Origin: Macrostomum lignano
Taxonomy: Eukaryota
DNA length: 64,000 bases
NCBI GenBank assembly: GCA_002269645.1
Contig: NIVC01000104.1
Span: 773,179 to 837,178, forward strand
Direction: 5' to 3'
In this document: positions 61,998-64,000 of the stretch, piece by piece
How positions within the stretch are numbered: the first letter of the stretch is position 1
Layout: each line of letters opens with the position of its first letter
The notes under the pieces: model-generated
Told to the model about the DNA's origin: nothing
Seen by the model: the letters and a program-made list of their open reading frames with translations, nothing else
Database searches by the model: none
Position numbers and translations under genes: made by a program

Positions 61998-62440
61998 TTT
62001 AAAGGGTATCTTAGTTGTGGTATCTTAGTTAGGGTATCTTAGTTGTGGTATCTTAGTTAGGGTATCTTAGTTGTGGTATCTTAGTTAGGGTATCTTAGTT
62101 GTGGTATCTTAGTTAGGGTATCTTAGTTGTGGTATCTTAGTTAGGGTATCTTAGTTGTGGTATCTTAGTTAGGGTATCTTAGTTGTGGTATCTTAGTTAG
62201 GGTATCTTAGTTGTGGTATCTTAGTTAGGGTATCTTAGTTGTGGTATCTTAGTTAGGGTATCTTAGTTGTGGTATCTTAGTTAGGGTATCTTAGTCGTGG
62301 TATCTTAGGGTATCTTAGTTGTGGTATCTTAGGGTATCTTAGTCGTGGTATCTTAGTTGGAATGTCTTACTTGTGGTATCTTAGTCGTGGTATCTTAGGA
62401 TATCTTAGTCGTGGTATCTTAGTTGGGGTATCTTAGTTGG
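61998..62440. repeat. 28-bp minisatellite (gggtatcttagttgtggtatcttagtta)
   Basis: Tandem copies. Confidence 0.95.
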
Positions 62441-62539
62441 GTAGCTTAGTTGCTGAATGTATAGAAAACTTTTGTTTGAAAACTTTCGAAAATTTTTGTG
62501 ACTATAGTGACCAGTTGGATAGCAAATATGTAATTAGGG

Positions 62540-62815
62540 TGTCTCAGTTGCAGTTTTGTATGTCACTTTGGGTATCTCAGTTGCAGTTGGGTATGTCACT
62601 TTGGGTATCTCAGTTGCAGTTGGGTATGTCACTTTGGGTATCTCAGTTGCAGTTGGGTATGTCACTTTGGGTATCTCAGTTGCAGTTGGGTATGTCACTT
62701 TGGGTATCTCAGTTGCAGTTGGGTATGTCACTTTATGTATCTCAGTTGCAGTTGTGTATGTCACTTTATGTATCTCAGTTGCAGTTGGGTATGTCCCTTC
62801 GGGTATCTCAGTTAC
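62540..62815. repeat. 33-bp minisatellite (gggtatctcagttgcagttgggtatgtcacttt)
   Basis: About 8 copies. Confidence 0.9.
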
Positions 62816-62955
62816 GCAGATAAATTAAGGCGTGTTTAATTCAATTCTAAATTAATGTGTTTCTGTATTTTGTCTAGTGGATGCTACTAATAAACTACTG
62901 ATTAACTCGTGACCGTGACTGATTCATTAATAAGTTCGATAATCCAGCGTCAAGC

Positions 62956-63225
62956 ATGAACATATTTCGCCTAATCGGTGACCTCAGCCACCTGGCTGCA
63001 ATTCTTCTGCTTCTGCTGAAAATCTGGCGCAGCCGATCCGTGTCCGGAATTTCCGGCAAGTCTCAGCTGCTGTTTGCCGGCGTGTTTCTCACCCGCTATC
63101 TGGACCTGTTCTTCGTCTTCGTGTCGCTCTATAACACCGTGATGAAGCTGGTGTTTATCGCTACCAGCTGCCTCACCTGCTACCTTATTTATCGGCGCTT
63201 CCCCGCCACTCGGGATTCCAATCAG
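62956..63225 (+). CDS. KDELR: ER lumen protein-retaining (KDEL) receptor, exon 1 (3'-partial; absent from the ORF track)
   Basis: [90 protein letters not shown]|gttggc, the canonical ERD2/KDELR N-terminus. Confidence 0.95.
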
Positions 63226-63240
63226 GTTGGCTTATTGGCT

Positions 63241-64000
<760 letters not shown>

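Overview
Eukaryotic animal DNA with GT-AG introns, GC-rich codons and minisatellite-filled introns. The style resembles the free-living flatworm Macrostomum, but that is inference only. Host genes I could reconstruct by hand: the 3' part of a MIEAP/SPATA18 homologue, a 3-exon SEC14/CRAL-TRIO gene, a 2-exon C2H2 zinc-finger gene, a ~700-aa nuclear lamin, exon 1 of a KDEL receptor, two orphan membrane-anchored ORFs, and a secreted PAN/LamG-like frame broken by two TAG codons. The most striking items are: (1) a tandem pair of 64-aa secreted precursors (signal peptide + acidic pro-piece + KK + FVRVRARIRL-G or FVRARVRVRL-G), predicting amidated cationic beta-amphipathic decapeptides whose codons are telomere-like hexamers; (2) a 3.5-kb foldback-like DNA transposon whose arms are inverted arrays of a 161-bp unit, inserted at AAA|TTT with no TSD (Spy-like) and carrying a decayed PHIS-type transposase fragment; (3) a hAT-type MITE that has replaced the C-terminus of the zinc-finger protein; (4) a strongly CpG-depleted 3.4-kb block upstream of the lamin; (5) a lamin rod about 27 aa longer than usual. 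Other mobile DNA includes a P-element/THAP9-like pseudo-transposase, LOA/R1-like and RTE LINE fragments, a Gypsy remnant, a PHD-FLYWCH MULE, a CORE-type SINE and several MITEs. No CRISPR array, rRNA or intact tRNA gene was found. All calls come from manual reading; no database searches were run.
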